DNA of 37,880 nucleotides. Origin: a virus. Its lineage: Duplodnaviria; Caudoviricetes. Position numbers and translations under genes: made by a program. The stretch spans positions 1-37,880 of the IMG/VR virus record IMGVR_UViG_3300006879_000403. The stretch is one strand, 5' to 3'. Of the stretch, positions 1 to 9,620 are shown in pieces (position 1 is the stretch's first letter; every line of letters begins with the position of its first letter). The notes below the pieces were generated by a model that worked only from the letters and a program-made list of their open reading frames with translations, did no database searches and was not told the DNA's origin.

Positions 1-2490
1 ACCAGCACTCTCGCTGGTGATCGTGACCTCCAACCCGTCATCCACCTGCTTGCCGCCGTCGCTCCATGCGTTCGTTACCAATGCTGTGCGATCTTCAGAC
101 AGTTTCGACCCGCGCCACAGGTTCACCTGCGTGACTTCCTCCATCTCCTGCCCAGGAGTCTCAGTCCCAGGCACACCAGAGCGCGGTGACGGAGACACCA
201 GGTCATCCGTGTTCGTGTCCGTCACGTCCAGGTAGTAGCCGTAGGTCTTCGCTCGGTAATGCGCCGATGGGCGAATACCCGACTCCGGGCCAGCCTCCAC
301 GTCGGAGAAGTCCCATGCGTTCTTATCGTCAAAGAACCGGTCCCCCACCAGTTCCACCGGGTCATCCGGCACGTTCGGAACATCACAGCACCCCTCCGAG
401 AACAAGACCGTCCCGGAGACGGAATGCTCACGCGACAACTGTTCACCCAACAGGCTGATCGGTTTCGCCCGACCCAGGAGTTTCTGGGTTTCCTTCGACC
501 GGTCATAAGACCCAGACAGGCCAAGGCCACCCTGCATTCTCAGCATGTAGTCGAACGTTTCCCCATAGTTGAGGAACAACCAGTTCTCCGTGTTGCCGAC
601 ACAGTTGTTGACGGTCTTCCGCCACGGTCCGAACGTGGCTTTCGACGGAGCATCCGTCGTGGCTATCGCCCGGTACTCGTTCACTCCCCAGATTGAGGGA
701 ATGTTATCGACCAGGGTGGTCTCCGCGTCGAACGGAATACCCACCATGATCGGCAACCACTCACCACCGTTGATGCGACGTTCCACGTCCACCATCACGA
801 TCACGGCGGTCTCACCCTCCACCGGGTCATCCGATTGCAGGTGAATGTTCATCTGCCCGGTGTCTTCCCCGTAGGTGAGTTCACCGAACAGTTCAGCCGG
901 GACCAGGAGTTCCACATCGAACACGGTCTCAGCCCAGTCGGACCACTGACCCTTCGAGTTGCGAACCTGGACAGCAATACCGTATCGGTCGCCGTCCTTG
1001 AGTTCAGTCCCGAACTCCGTGGACGTGGCCGACGATTCCGCTTCCTTCTCATCCAGGATGGAATCGAAAATATCACCGGACCCGAGCGCGTAGATGCGAG
1101 CCTTCCACGCGATCTGCGCCAGACCTTCATCCTGTGCGTAATCCCACCCCAGGGGGACCGGCAAGGCGGTCAGCGGGTTCGGAGGAGCACCAGCCTTGAT
1201 TGAGGCAACCGGCTTCGACCAGCCAGTGACGAATGCCGACTTGGACCAGGGACCGTAGCCTTCCTTCGTGTTGCCCTGAGTGCGGACCTGCCACTCATAA
1301 TCGACTCCGTTGACCAGTTCCCCAGCCTCAGCCAACCATTCGGACACGTCCGTGGACTCCGGGCCGACCGTGATCCAGTCCTCACCCTTCTCCCGGTAGC
1401 GGAGTTCGTAGTGGGACTGGTCGGCACCATCACCATCATCGTGGTGTTGCCACGTGAACGTCACGTCCTCATTGAAATCCACCACGGACCCATCCGGGGA
1501 CAGGTGATCTGGTGCCTTCGGGGGAACGATCGTGTTGACGGTGTTCGACTCCGACCAGACCGAGTTCCCGCCCTCACAGTTGTTGAGGATGCGGATACGG
1601 TACTGGTTCGTGCCGTTGCCAGGGTTCGTGTCCATGTACGAAGACGTGTACGGCTTCGACTTCACCTGACCGAACGACGACGACACAGTGGCCCACGAAC
1701 CACCGTTCACCCGCCGCTGAAGCTGAAGTTTGAAACAGCCGGACTCAGCAGGACTGTTAAAGTCCCACGTCACCTTGATATCTGAGCCGGACGGCTGAAC
1801 CTTCGCCCGAACATTGACCGGCGCGTACGGTTGCATACGCACATAGTTCGAGTACGCCCACCCCGAGGAGCCAGCCGAGTTGTTGGCACGCACCCGGCGA
1901 CGGTACGACTTGTTGTTCACGCCAGGGTTCGACGTGTACGACTTGCCCTTCACCGTCGCAGAGTGCATCCACCCCGTCCACGAACCACCGTCAAGCCGCT
2001 GATACTGCACCGTGTACGACGACACCGGACGAGCGGTCGACGTCGAATGAGACCAGGTGGTCTTCGTCCGATTGTCCGACAGCAGAGCCATCTTCACATT
2101 CGTCGGAGTTTTCGGCTTCGACACAGGCCGCTTCGGAATCCTGATCGACGCAGACACCGAATGCGAACCCGGAGACGCTTCCACACCCGTCAGAGACGCA
2201 CTCACAGTGATCTTCTTCGACCCGCTGTAGGACGTGGACACAGTTTTCGTCAGCGTCTTGATATGCGTTGACGTGCCATTGATCGACATGTCACCCGTCC
2301 ACGAACCCAGCGACCCGCTCATCTTCGCCGTGTTGAACGAATCCTGAGTCCTGTACCTGGACTCATAGTAGAGCTTCGCCGTGACCTTAACCGATGAGGT
2401 GCTGTTCTTCACCGAAGTCGGAGAGTAGGTGAGGACCAGTTTCGTGCGACCCTTCACCGATCCTGTGCGACCCGAGTATTTCGTGACCAT
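1..2490 (-). CDS. Minor tail protein with fibronectin type III-like repeats (3' end runs off the window)
   Basis: Absent from the ORF track because no stop falls inside the window. ATG at 2490 overlaps the tape-measure stop (TAATG). Manual translation gives MVTKYSGRTGSVKGRTKLVLTY..., with FN3-like blocks PTNV...W...Y.VQY...RVRANNSAG.S.W and YEWQVRTQG...GPWS. About 830 codons; I did not check every codon for stops. Confidence 0.8.
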   Translation of the reverse strand, partial: MVTKYSGRTGSVKGRTKLVLTYSPTSVKNSTSSVKVTAKLYYESRYRTQDSFNTAKMSGSLGSWTGDMSINGTSTHIKTLTKTVSTSYSGSKKITVSASLTGVEASPGSHSVSASIRIPKRPVSKPKTPTNVKMALLSDNRTKTTWSHSTSTARPVSSYTVQYQRLDGGSWTGWMHSATVKGKSYTSNPGVNNKSYRRRVRANNSAGSSGWAYSNYVRMQPYAPVNVRAKVQPSGSDIKVTWDFNSPAESGCFKLQLQRRVNGGSWATVSSSFGQVKSKPYTSSYMDTNPGNGTNQYRIRILNNCEGGNSVWSESNTVNTIVPPKAPDHLSPDGSVVDFNEDVTFTWQHHDDGDGADQSHYELRYREKGEDWITVGPESTDVSEWLAEAGELVNGVDYEWQVRTQGNTKEGYGPWSKSAFVTGWSKPVASIKAGAPPNPLTALPVPLGWDYAQDEGLAQIAWKARIYALGSGDIFDSILDEKEAESSATSTEFGTELKDGDRYGIAVQVRNSKGQWSDWAETVFDVELLVPAELFGELTYGEDTGQMNIHLQSDDPVEGETAVIVMVDVERRINGGEWLPIMVGIPFDAETTLVDNIPSIWGVNEYRAIATTDAPSKATFGPWRKTVNNCVGNTENWLFLNYGETFDYMLRMQGGLGLSGSYDRSKETQKLLGRAKPISLLGEQLSREHSVSGTVLFSEGCCDVPNVPDDPVELVGDRFFDDKNAWDFSDVEAGPESGIRPSAHYRAKTYGYYLDVTDTNTDDLVSPSPRSGVPGTETPGQEMEEVTQVNLWRGSKLSEDRTALVTNAWSDGGKQVDDGLEVTITSESAG

Positions 2491-5400
2491 TACGCGTTGA
2501 CCTCTCCACTCTTAGCCGTCATCCGAGTCCTCACCCGTTCCGTCTTCTTGTCCCGTTTCAGCATCTCCACAAATTCGAGAGCCGACTGCAGGCCAGCCAA
2601 ATCATCCACGTTCAGCTCCACGTTGATGTACGTGTCACCGCCACCCAGATTACCGTTCATGAGTGCGTCAGTGACGTTCGGCGGAACCACGTACTCGTTG
2701 CGTCCCGTCGCATTGTTCACCAGGTTCATGCCAGGAGGCAGAATGCCACCCTTGTCACGCAACAGCGGCTTGATAGCTGGCATATTGCCAACGATCTTCG
2801 ACACCAGACCACCATCGGCGTAATGGTTATGCTTCTGCCAATATCTCTGAGCACCAAGCCAACCACCGTAGCGGTCGTGGACGTACTTCCTCATTCCGTC
2901 CAACTGCTTCCACACACCGTACTTCTTCGCCGGTGCCCCACCCAGGTAGGCGCGAGCGGTCGAGTTGATCATCTGCGGCAGACCGGACGCGGTGGAGCGC
3001 GGGTTCTGTGCCTTCGGATTCCAGCCGGATTCCTTCGACACGATCCAGTTCATGGCCTTCTTGCGAGCACCCGACACTCCACGAGCCGCGGCCCATGCCT
3101 GACCCTTACCGAACGCGACACCCTTCGTGATTCCGCCGCCAATGTCGCCCACGAAGTCAGCGACCTTGGCGATGTTGTCCTTGATCCATGTGATCGGCAT
3201 CCCGATCATCTTCTTCGCGCCGCCGCCGACAAGTTTGCCGAACGCACCGAACTTGGACACACCACCGGCGATCTTCTTCTTCAGTTTCTCGAATGGTTTC
3301 GTGAAGAAATCGAGGGTCAGGCCACCGTCGCCACCACCGGAACCGACAGCGGCACCACCCGACGTGTCAAAATGCGCGTGATTGTGATGTCCCGGCCGAC
3401 GCCAAATCACACCGATCTTCGGGAACTCCTTGCGGAGCGTGGGAATCATCCGGTCGAAGAACGCCTTCTCCGTCGCGTTCTCTCCACCGGGACCGTAGTT
3501 CGCGTCGAATGCTCGACCCGAGTAGTGAAGCGAATTGGGGGAGTGCCTGCCGACACGCTGTCCCCACGCCTTGAACTCAGTGATTCGAGCACCCTTCCGC
3601 TTCCACCAGCGTGCCGCGTCCGAGAGCGTGCCAACACTGCCACCCTTCGCGTACCCCGGCACCGGGACGAAACCACCCGTCGACAGACCCGGCAGATTAC
3701 CCGTCTGGTTGATGTAGTTCAGCACACCGCGACCGTGACGGCGCGTGATCTTCCGCTGAGCGGCCTTCCGGATAACGAACTCGTCAGCATGGACCACACC
3801 GGCAGGTTGCAGTTTCCGGCCAGGACCAGTCCAACCACCCGAGTCAAAGCCCTTCGGGAGCTTCATGTACCCGATCTTCTTGACACCGAACTTGCCAGCC
3901 AGCTTATTGAAGCCGGAGATGATGCCACGGTTGATGACCGTCGAGATGACGAACTTCACCGGCTTCTTGGCGACGGACTTCACGCCGTCCCACGCCTTAC
4001 CGATAGCGTTCTTGCCAGCCCGGAACGCCTTCGGCAGAGTCGTCTTCACCGCACGCGCCAGCGGATCGAACGCGTACTTCTTGATCCCCTTCCACACGGA
4101 GCTGATCTTGCTCTTGATCCCGTTCCAGACCGAGGTGACGGTGCGCTTCAGAGCATTGAACCGTGCTTGCAGGTTGTCCCGAATGTACCGAATGATCGCC
4201 GAGAAAATCGGCTTCACGTACTTGTTCCAGACCGCGCTGATCTTCGCCTTGATCGCGTTCCAGACCGTGTTGACCGTGGACTTCAGGAAATTGAATCGCG
4301 GCTGAAGCTGACTCTTGATGAAGCTGACAATCGGCTTGAACACGTACGTCTTGATGAACGTCCAAACCGTATTGATCGTCTTCTTGATCGCATTCCAGAC
4401 CGGCTTGATCACCGAGTCCCGGAACCACGTGAACGCCTTCGACAGTGTTCCACGAATGAACGACACGACCGCCTTGAAGACGATCTTCACAGCCGCCCAC
4501 CAAATCTTGATGATGCCAGTGATCAGCTGGAACACGACACGGACGACTTCACCGAAAATCTGGAACGCAGGCTTCAGCACCGCATTGAAGAACTTCACCA
4601 GTGCCTTGAAGATCGCGGACACCACGGTCCACCATGCTTTGATGTACAGCTGAATCCCGAGGAACACCGGCTTCACGATGTTCTGGTACAGCCACGTGAA
4701 GACCGCACCCACCGCGTCGAACACGCCCTTGATGACGGGGAGCACGTACGTCTGGAACCAGCCGACGACGGCCTTGACCGCCGCCATGATCCCATCCCAC
4801 GCCGGTTTGATGCCGTTGTTCCACAGCCACATCACTCCGGTGGCGATACCATTCCACACGGCCTGCAGGCTCGGCCACACCACAGCCACGAACCAGTCGA
4901 CGACGACCTTCACCGCTGTCTTGATCGCCGCCCACGTCGCATCCACAGCGGCACGGAACCAGTCGATCTTGTTATACGCCAGCACAAACCCGGCCACCAA
5001 CGCCACAATCAGCGTCAGGATGATCCCAATCGGGTTCGCACGCATAGCCGAGTTCAACGCACGCTGAGCGATCGTCATAGCGTTCATGGCGGCAATCCGG
5101 ATACCAGTCAGCGTCAGCCACTGCGACTCAATCACCATCGTCGCAACCGCAATGCCCTTGTGGATGAGGAGACCAGCATTCCACGCCACAAACCCAGCCG
5201 CGACCGCCGCAATATACGGGGAGAGCGTCTTCAGTACGCCCCCCACCGTCGCAATCACATCGGGGAGCTTCCCAATCCCCGTGACAATCGCATTACCAAT
5301 CGGTGCGAGAGCCGGAGTGATCTTCTCGATCATCGGGAGCATCACGTCACCGACAGCGTTCGCAACGTTGTCCTTCAGGATCGCCCACTGGTTCTGGAAC

Positions 5401-6110
5401 GACCCCGTTGCCGCATCGCCAGCCTTGATCATCTGCTTGAACGTCTTGCCGGTGCCGTTCTGCATAACGTCCATCACGTCGTCAATGCTGATCTTGCCCT
5501 GAGACGCCATTTTCTTGATCTGGTCAATCGGCACACCGAACTTCTCGGCCAGACCAGACAGAATCGGAACACCCGACTCCGAAATCATTCCCAGCGAATC
5601 CATCATGGCGATGCCACCGTTGTTCACGGCCTTCATGACACCGTTCATGGCTTGTTCCATCTTCGACGAGTCGCCACCCGCCGCGATGATCGCCTTACCG
5701 ACGTTCCTCAGTGTTCCCGTGGCCGCGTCACCCTCGATACCCGCATACGCCAGAGACTGAGCCGCCTTCTGATACGCCTCATATTTGATCGGTGAGTTCG
5801 CCGAGATTTTGCGGAGGTCGGTCATCATCTTCGTGGCCTGCTTAGCAGACCCGTACAGACCCGACAGCACCTTCTGCGCGTTCTGCCGCGACACTGCGGC
5901 CTTGAACCCGCCGATGACAGCCGCACCCGCCGCCGCACCAACCGCCGCGACACCGGCAGTCATCCCGACCCGCAACGCCCGACGAGCGAACCGCGCCATG
6001 CCAGCACCGAGACGTTGACCAGCAGATGCCGTCTTCTTCTCAGCATCCTTCTGGAAACCAGCCGCATTCGCCTTGATGACGATTTCGGCTTCACCGATGA
6101 CATTCGGCAT
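2490..6110 (-). CDS. Tape measure protein with C-terminal peptidase-like and lytic transglycosylase domains
   Basis: About 1206 aa from the ATG at 6110 (MPNVIGEAEIVIKAN). N-terminal tape-measure domain, ANPIG motif and W/F-periodic helical repeats. C-terminal HYSGRAFD...HNHAH and ESGWNPKAQN...ASGLPQ...RYG motifs. Lies directly after the tail chaperones. Confidence 0.95.
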   Translation of the reverse strand: MPNVIGEAEIVIKANAAGFQKDAEKKTASAGQRLGAGMARFARRALRVGMTAGVAAVGAAAGAAVIGGFKAAVSRQNAQKVLSGLYGSAKQATKMMTDLRKISANSPIKYEAYQKAAQSLAYAGIEGDAATGTLRNVGKAIIAAGGDSSKMEQAMNGVMKAVNNGGIAMMDSLGMISESGVPILSGLAEKFGVPIDQIKKMASQGKISIDDVMDVMQNGTGKTFKQMIKAGDAATGSFQNQWAILKDNVANAVGDVMLPMIEKITPALAPIGNAIVTGIGKLPDVIATVGGVLKTLSPYIAAVAAGFVAWNAGLLIHKGIAVATMVIESQWLTLTGIRIAAMNAMTIAQRALNSAMRANPIGIILTLIVALVAGFVLAYNKIDWFRAAVDATWAAIKTAVKVVVDWFVAVVWPSLQAVWNGIATGVMWLWNNGIKPAWDGIMAAVKAVVGWFQTYVLPVIKGVFDAVGAVFTWLYQNIVKPVFLGIQLYIKAWWTVVSAIFKALVKFFNAVLKPAFQIFGEVVRVVFQLITGIIKIWWAAVKIVFKAVVSFIRGTLSKAFTWFRDSVIKPVWNAIKKTINTVWTFIKTYVFKPIVSFIKSQLQPRFNFLKSTVNTVWNAIKAKISAVWNKYVKPIFSAIIRYIRDNLQARFNALKRTVTSVWNGIKSKISSVWKGIKKYAFDPLARAVKTTLPKAFRAGKNAIGKAWDGVKSVAKKPVKFVISTVINRGIISGFNKLAGKFGVKKIGYMKLPKGFDSGGWTGPGRKLQPAGVVHADEFVIRKAAQRKITRRHGRGVLNYINQTGNLPGLSTGGFVPVPGYAKGGSVGTLSDAARWWKRKGARITEFKAWGQRVGRHSPNSLHYSGRAFDANYGPGGENATEKAFFDRMIPTLRKEFPKIGVIWRRPGHHNHAHFDTSGGAAVGSGGGDGGLTLDFFTKPFEKLKKKIAGGVSKFGAFGKLVGGGAKKMIGMPITWIKDNIAKVADFVGDIGGGITKGVAFGKGQAWAAARGVSGARKKAMNWIVSKESGWNPKAQNPRSTASGLPQMINSTARAYLGGAPAKKYGVWKQLDGMRKYVHDRYGGWLGAQRYWQKHNHYADGGLVSKIVGNMPAIKPLLRDKGGILPPGMNLVNNATGRNEYVVPPNVTDALMNGNLGGGDTYINVELNVDDLAGLQSALEFVEMLKRDKKTERVRTRMTAKSGEVNA

Positions 6111-6207
6111 GGAAACGCGCACCCCCCGTTCGACTTAGAATGTCCCGGCCCATGTGCCAGACGGACGAACGGAGAATGCGCGATCCGGGCAATTCTCAAT
6201 ACTTCAA

Positions 6208-6489
6208 TTATAGGCCAAGCTGAGCCTTCAGGTTGTTGAAGCCCTGCATCTGCGCCTCCTTAGACCACGGGTCATTCGCGCTCTTCTTCGACTCCCCGTA
6301 ACCCTTCGGCGGTTGCCACAGCTTCGCCTTCGTCTTATCAAGCGAGGTCTGATCCTCGTGACCCTGCGCAATCATGTACCACATGAACGAACAGAACTCA
6401 CTGATCGACAAGTTCGCAATACGGCCAACCCCGTTGGCAATCGCATACCCCTCCACGTCAATCCAATTGTCGAGAGCGATCTGCGCCAA
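6208..6489 (-). CDS. Tail assembly chaperone, second ORF (probably reached by -1 frameshift)
   Basis: Between the first chaperone and the tape measure gene. In the -1 frame and open upstream across the first ORF's stop. TTG start has no RBS. Confidence 0.75.
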   Translation of the reverse strand: MAQIALDNWIDVEGYAIANGVGRIANLSISEFCSFMWYMIAQGHEDQTSLDKTKAKLWQPPKGYGESKKSANDPWSKEAQMQGFNNLKAQLGL

Positions 6490-6494
6490 CCGTA

Positions 6495-6803
6495 TTACGA
6501 CGTAGTAGGGTTCGGCTGAACCGCTTCCATGATCTTGTCGAGCAACGTCATCACGTGATCAATGTCGAGACGGTCCTTCGGATCACCGAGACGCTTCTTC
6601 ACCTTCGTCGCATCCGTCTTCGTGAACATGAGGTCAACGAACCGGTACAAGTCCTCCGAGGTCACGTCCTCTTCGTTCTTGCCCTGCATCTTGTCGGTGA
6701 CTTCCATGAGGAGCGAAGTCTTCGGCGGCGTGATCTTGTAATCCACGCCGACGAGCTTCACGTCCATCGTCTCGACCGGCTCAGCGTCAATAACGATTCC
6801 CAT
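6495..6803 (-). CDS. Tail assembly chaperone
   Basis: RBS TAGGAG before the ATG at 6803 (MGIVIDAEPVE...). Ends ...QPNPTTS. Position upstream of the tape measure gene. Confidence 0.8.
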   Translation of the reverse strand: MGIVIDAEPVETMDVKLVGVDYKITPPKTSLLMEVTDKMQGKNEEDVTSEDLYRFVDLMFTKTDATKVKKRLGDPKDRLDIDHVMTLLDKIMEAVQPNPTTS

Positions 6804-6831
6804 TGTGATACTCCTAACTAGCTGTTCAGCA

Positions 6832-7239
6832 TTACATATAGTCGCGGACCGACAAAGACCGGTACGCGTCCCGGAGAAAGTGGACGGCAGGAACGCCACG
6901 GGTTCGCTTCGCAAACACGAAACTAGTTCCGCCTTTAGGGATGAACCGGAGGAACTTTGCACGCTTCGGGAAGATTGGGCCTGTCCCAAATTCCTGAAAG
7001 TTCGCATACGGCACACCCCTCGCTCCTACCAGGTACGTCGCTTCGAGTCCCTGCTTCTTGTCCGGTGCCTTCCGAGGCGTGATCGCTTCCCTAAGACGAC
7101 CAGTCCGGTACGGGGCACGATTACGCGCCCGTTCCGCTACTCTACCCGCCGCACGCTGAACCGACATGTCCGCCACGTTGTGGAGGTACGGGTTCAACCG
7201 CGACGGGTCGATCTTGACCCGGACGTTATTCGTCGCCAC
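6832..7239 (-). CDS. HK97 gp10-like tail completion/neck protein
   Basis: Basic protein with AP.RTGRLR, YANFQEFGTG and FLRDA motifs. Confidence 0.75.
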   Translation of the reverse strand: MATNNVRVKIDPSRLNPYLHNVADMSVQRAAGRVAERARNRAPYRTGRLREAITPRKAPDKKQGLEATYLVGARGVPYANFQEFGTGPIFPKRAKFLRFIPKGGTSFVFAKRTRGVPAVHFLRDAYRSLSVRDYM

Positions 7240-7420
7240 GGGTCACGTCATCCTCATCCACGTCACGATCATCTTCCACCGCCACCGGCGCAACATGTTC
7301 TTCAACGTATTCCAGCACTCCCCGATCCACGAGCCGCCGAACACCATCCGTGTCGTCGACCTCCACGGTTTCACCCTTACGCGTGAACGGGTTCATGACG
7401 TTGCCCTTCACCCAAACCAT
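7226..7420 (-). CDS. Small hypothetical protein in the tail module
   Basis: RBS TAGGAG, 64 aa, overlaps the next gene. Confidence 0.65.
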   Translation of the reverse strand: MVWVKGNVMNPFTRKGETVEVDDTDGVRRLVDRGVLEYVEEHVAPVAVEDDRDVDEDDVTRGDE

Positions 7421-7468
7421 GATCTTCTCCTAACTGTTAGACCATCTCTGGCCTGTTCTGATTCTACG

Positions 7469-7942
7469 TCACGCGCACGGCTGAAGCCGCACATTCACAG
7501 TCCACTCACCGCCAGCACAGCCACCATCGGGTCCGAGCGGAATCCACTGACCCAATTTATGCACGAACTCGAAGTTCGAGGAGATGCCCGAGAACATGTC
7601 CTCCATGTCCTCCATGATCCGCACAGCATCACCCGTCATCTCCTCAGCTGTCGGCGGGTTGCCCTGATCGTCCAAGGTGTGAGCGCACCGGATGACACCC
7701 ACCCCGAGCACTGCAGTCGCCAACCGGACACCGCACTTCTGTTCAGCATCACGGTTCGGCCAGCCCGGAACCACCTGCACGCACCGCACCCACAGCTGAC
7801 CGCCACCACCACTGTCTTCACAGCAGTTGTCCCACGCCACCTGCTCGCCCGGAGCCAGGAACTGAATCGCCGTGTCATGACGCATCTCCACGTCGACCGC
7901 GTTCAGTAGGTTCTGCATAGCATCACGGACAGGAAGCCTCAT
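7469..7942 (-). CDS. Putative tail terminator / head-tail joining protein
   Basis: ATG overlaps the upstream stop (TGATG). WDNCC...GQLWVR...RC...GPDGGCAGGEW motifs typical of actinophage neck genes; synteny. Confidence 0.65.
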   Translation of the reverse strand: MRLPVRDAMQNLLNAVDVEMRHDTAIQFLAPGEQVAWDNCCEDSGGGGQLWVRCVQVVPGWPNRDAEQKCGVRLATAVLGVGVIRCAHTLDDQGNPPTAEEMTGDAVRIMEDMEDMFSGISSNFEFVHKLGQWIPLGPDGGCAGGEWTVNVRLQPCA

Positions 7943-8730
7943 CACCGTCTCCTCATCACGGGCTGACTGGACCGGCCAGCCAACCACTTATCCGGGTTCA
8001 CCACGGTTGCCGGCATAGGCACCTCAGTCGTCGACGACACCCACGAATCAATCAGCCAGATACCCGTCCGGCCCTTCTGCAGTCCCTCGAAGTCGTCGAG
8101 CATGGTCATAGCCACACCCTGCCGAGTGATCGACGTGACGCGCTGGGGGAGACGGCATTCTTTGCTGTTGCACGCCGCCAGCACCAACTCACACGCGAGG
8201 ATTGCCGCCGCGATCCGGCCACCAGTCGGAACCGGTGTACCCACGACCACTTCAACACCCCACGCGCCGTCCTGCTCGACCGGGGCACCGATGTTCTGGA
8301 ACGACGGCCACTGTCCACCATCCGTCCGAACGAGCCGGTGCCCACCTTCCAGCCGGTACGAGTCCTCCGGGAGCACAACACCCTCGATGACGACCTGCTT
8401 CACCTCAGAGACCGGGGCACTGACCCACAGGGACGTGAGACCGTTGCAGGAGCATTCGCACGACCTGCAGGCACCGCACATCATCGGCCAGGACACGACC
8501 GGGGGAAGATACTGGTACGTCGGCGGACGATCACACGTCTCATCGGGTCTCAGCCACGACGTTGTGGTGCCGAACTGTCGCTTCGTCCATCCCCACAGGA
8601 ACCACTTCGCCATGTCCTCGAACTTCGCCTGCACCTCCTTCCCGTTCTCCTCGTCCTCGAACGGTTTACACGTTGCGCACTGCGAGTAGTCCACCGGCCA
8701 TTCCAGCGGGAACAGTCCATCGTCAGCCAT
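7942..8730 (-). CDS. Head-to-tail adaptor protein
   Basis: LACEL...CRLPQRVTSITRQGV and TGIWLIDSW motifs; Cys-rich; directly after the major tail gene. Confidence 0.75.
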   Translation of the reverse strand: MADDGLFPLEWPVDYSQCATCKPFEDEENGKEVQAKFEDMAKWFLWGWTKRQFGTTTSWLRPDETCDRPPTYQYLPPVVSWPMMCGACRSCECSCNGLTSLWVSAPVSEVKQVVIEGVVLPEDSYRLEGGHRLVRTDGGQWPSFQNIGAPVEQDGAWGVEVVVGTPVPTGGRIAAAILACELVLAACNSKECRLPQRVTSITRQGVAMTMLDDFEGLQKGRTGIWLIDSWVSSTTEVPMPATVVNPDKWLAGRSSQPVMRRR

Positions 8731-8751
8731 ACCGCACCTCTCTCATAGTGA

Positions 8752-8787
8752 ACGGGCCGAGCACCCTTCTCAGGATACTCGGCCCGT
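8752..8787 (-). terminator. Stem-loop downstream of the major tail gene
   Basis: 10-bp inverted repeat ACGGGCCGAG/CTCGGCCCGT in the intergenic space; weak U tail. Confidence 0.5.
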
Positions 8788-8846
8788 GTTCAATCAACCG
8801 GTGAGGAGAACACCGTCCCCCAGCACTGTGTCAGTGCCAGGGGTTG

Positions 8847-9554
8847 TCATTCCCCCAAACCACCGACTGTCGGCATTTCGACAACATCGTTCGACGACTC
8901 GGGCGGAGCCTCATCGACGGTGATCATGAGGAGGTGATCGTCCTCGTCGAGAGCAGTCGGGAGCGGAGCCGGAGCGTCAGCTTCACGAATGACGTTGTAC
9001 GGTCCAACGCCCCACTGGTTGCCCGACTCGGTGTAGGCACCGGAGATGGTGAACTCCACAGCGTCCTCACCGTTGACCGTAATGTCACCGATGGTGCCAC
9101 CGTTCACGAACGGGAGGAGCACGTAGCCGGACGTTTCCGCCCCACCCTCGCACGCATTCCCGTCAGTGCCGGTCCACAGCTCGAACGCGAACTTCTTGTC
9201 GATATCGCCGTCACCCTGCGTGAAGCCGATGACCTCACCCTCAGTGTTCGTGTACTGCTTCGCGTTCGTCAGCCACGACACGAGAACCGGATGCACGTCG
9301 CAGAACTGGATTTCGAGGGTGAACCGCTTGAACGCGTCCGGCTGTTTCCGGTTGATGCAGATGCCGCCGTTCGCCTTCTTCACCAGAATCTCATTGCCGT
9401 CCTCAGTCTCCGTGGACAGCGTGAGCGTGATGAAGCCGTCAGTCGCCACATAACCGGGCGTACCGGCATCGTTGGGGAGACCGCACTTATCCAGCTCCGT
9501 GATCCGGACGATCTTGCCGAGTACCGGAGCGAATGACTTAACAGTAGTAGCCAT
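8847..9554 (-). CDS. Major tail protein
   Basis: 235 aa with RITELDKCG...DGFITL...KKANG.IC and FAFELWTG motifs; strong RBS GAAAGGAAAGG. Confidence 0.85.
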   Translation of the reverse strand: MATTVKSFAPVLGKIVRITELDKCGLPNDAGTPGYVATDGFITLTLSTETEDGNEILVKKANGGICINRKQPDAFKRFTLEIQFCDVHPVLVSWLTNAKQYTNTEGEVIGFTQGDGDIDKKFAFELWTGTDGNACEGGAETSGYVLLPFVNGGTIGDITVNGEDAVEFTISGAYTESGNQWGVGPYNVIREADAPAPLPTALDEDDHLLMITVDEAPPESSNDVVEMPTVGGLGE

Positions 9555-9620
9555 GACACCTTTCCTTTCGTTGTGTCACTCCGGCCCTACTGCCAGTCGA
9601 GAAACGGGTTATCTCATTCA

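Noticed and set aside
4000-4950. Periodic repeats within the tape measure gene
   Set aside because: Ordinary amphipathic tape-measure repeats, not a separate DNA element.
2823-5795. 990-aa plus-strand ORF, and other long plus-strand ORFs such as 10827-12641 and 18053-19120
   Set aside because: Antisense shadows of GC-rich minus-strand genes; no RBS or recognisable motifs.
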